A stretch of 64,000 bases of DNA from positions 124,001 through 188,000 of the forward strand of contig OZ025665.1 of NCBI GenBank assembly GCA_964019335.1, read 5' to 3'. Every line of letters begins with the position of its first letter. The stretch's first letter is position 1. Of this stretch, positions 63,360 through 64,000 are shown piece after piece. This DNA comes from Diplonema japonicum. Its lineage: Eukaryota; Protista; Euglenozoa: Diplonemea. The notes under the pieces were generated by a model, which made no database searches, had not been told where the DNA came from, and saw only the letters and a program-made list of their open reading frames with translations. The translations under genes were made by a program, and so were the position numbers.

Positions 63360-64000
63360 CCTTTCCCACATGACTGCATCAACGATTCAACAATGATACT
63401 ACAAATATCAGTCAACTTTTTTTCCACCATCCACCACGGTAACCTGTATCATTTCTATGTCTGATTAGGGTTTGGGAAAGAACTTTGAGGAGTGATTGAT
63501 ACTGAACCCCACCAGTTGAGAAATGGGGGTTCCTGCAGGTTGCAGCATTATGCCCAACCTTTCTGCAGTTGCTGCACATATTCTTCCCCTCCCCCTCACT
63601 CCGCTTCCTCTTCGCCGGCCTGCCTATTTGTGACTTTGTCACGATTGGCTGAGGTCACGTTTTCACAGGCAGAAGGGGGGCGGGGGGGTGGAGATGTACA
63701 TCAGACGCCATGCAGAGACCTTGAGGTACTCCGCGACTAGGTCTGACTGATGTGTCTTTTGAAACCTTGCGGGCCACAGCGCAGATGTGGACACAAGGTA
63801 TACCCAAATACTGAAAATGCAAAAAAAATCCAAAATTTCGAAAAACTAAAAATGGGAAGGTTCCTAACAATAGGAAGGCTTCATGGGAGAGTGGAAAAAA
63901 AGTTCTGGGTAACCGTGGATGGTGGAAAAATAGTTATAGGTTACCGTACTTAGTGGGAAAAAGTACCAACATACATGGTTTAGTGGAAATAAGATTAGGT
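63360..64000 (-). mobile_element. MULE/Mutator transposase remnant (partial SWIM finger + CCHC knuckle) between inverted repeats
   Basis: FQYLGIPCVHICAV, then frameshifted SDLVAEYLKVSAWRLMY, then GRPAKRKR..CSNCRKVGHNAATC. ttttccaccatccac..ggt.acc at 63415-63445 is inverted at 63908-63935. Confidence 0.8.

Noticed and set aside
1-64000. tRNA, rRNA, SL RNA gene or relict spliced leader
   Set aside because: No cloverleaf around GTTCGA hits, no rRNA-like stretch and no CAGTTTCTGTAC SL core noticed on either strand by eye.
1-64000. Stop-codon reassignment, programmed frameshifts or non-canonical introns
   Set aside because: Long conserved ORFs are intact under the standard code, and every break in a real gene is explained by a GT-AG intron.

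Overview
Eukaryotic nuclear DNA. It carries about 23 protein-coding genes, all on the minus strand, packed head-to-tail and separated by spacers full of A/T/G/C homopolymer runs. That layout, with U-rich tracts and an AG before start codons, suggests a polycistronic, trans-spliced gene cluster of a euglenozoan, probably a diplonemid because cis-introns are common (inference). Hand-splicing recovers 20 GT-AG introns that the ORF track misses: 19 are 31-72 nt and one is 309 nt. Recognisable genes: MIOS, an SLC35G/EamA transporter, an F-type lectin membrane protein, WEE1, a GrpB-like protein, an ADCY10-like adenylyl cyclase-STAND protein, PPP4R3/SMEK, AP2S1, a PPR protein, a four-domain EEEE Cav channel with EF-hands, an STI1-like TPR protein, NRAMP, PHTF and a CFAP65-like 3' end. 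Main observations: (1) the introns have an invariant donor +4 U, mostly A-rich acceptors without a pyrimidine tract, and cluster at gene 3' ends; (2) a decayed Crypton-like tyrosine-recombinase element with terminal hairpins; (3) two MITEs stacked at one TA inside a poly-C run, plus several other MITEs and a MULE remnant; (4) three stop-to-start spacers of 111-113 nt; (5) a structured core in the one long internal intron; (6) candidate 6-8 nt microexons upstream of NRAMP. All homology calls are motif recognition by eye, with no database search.
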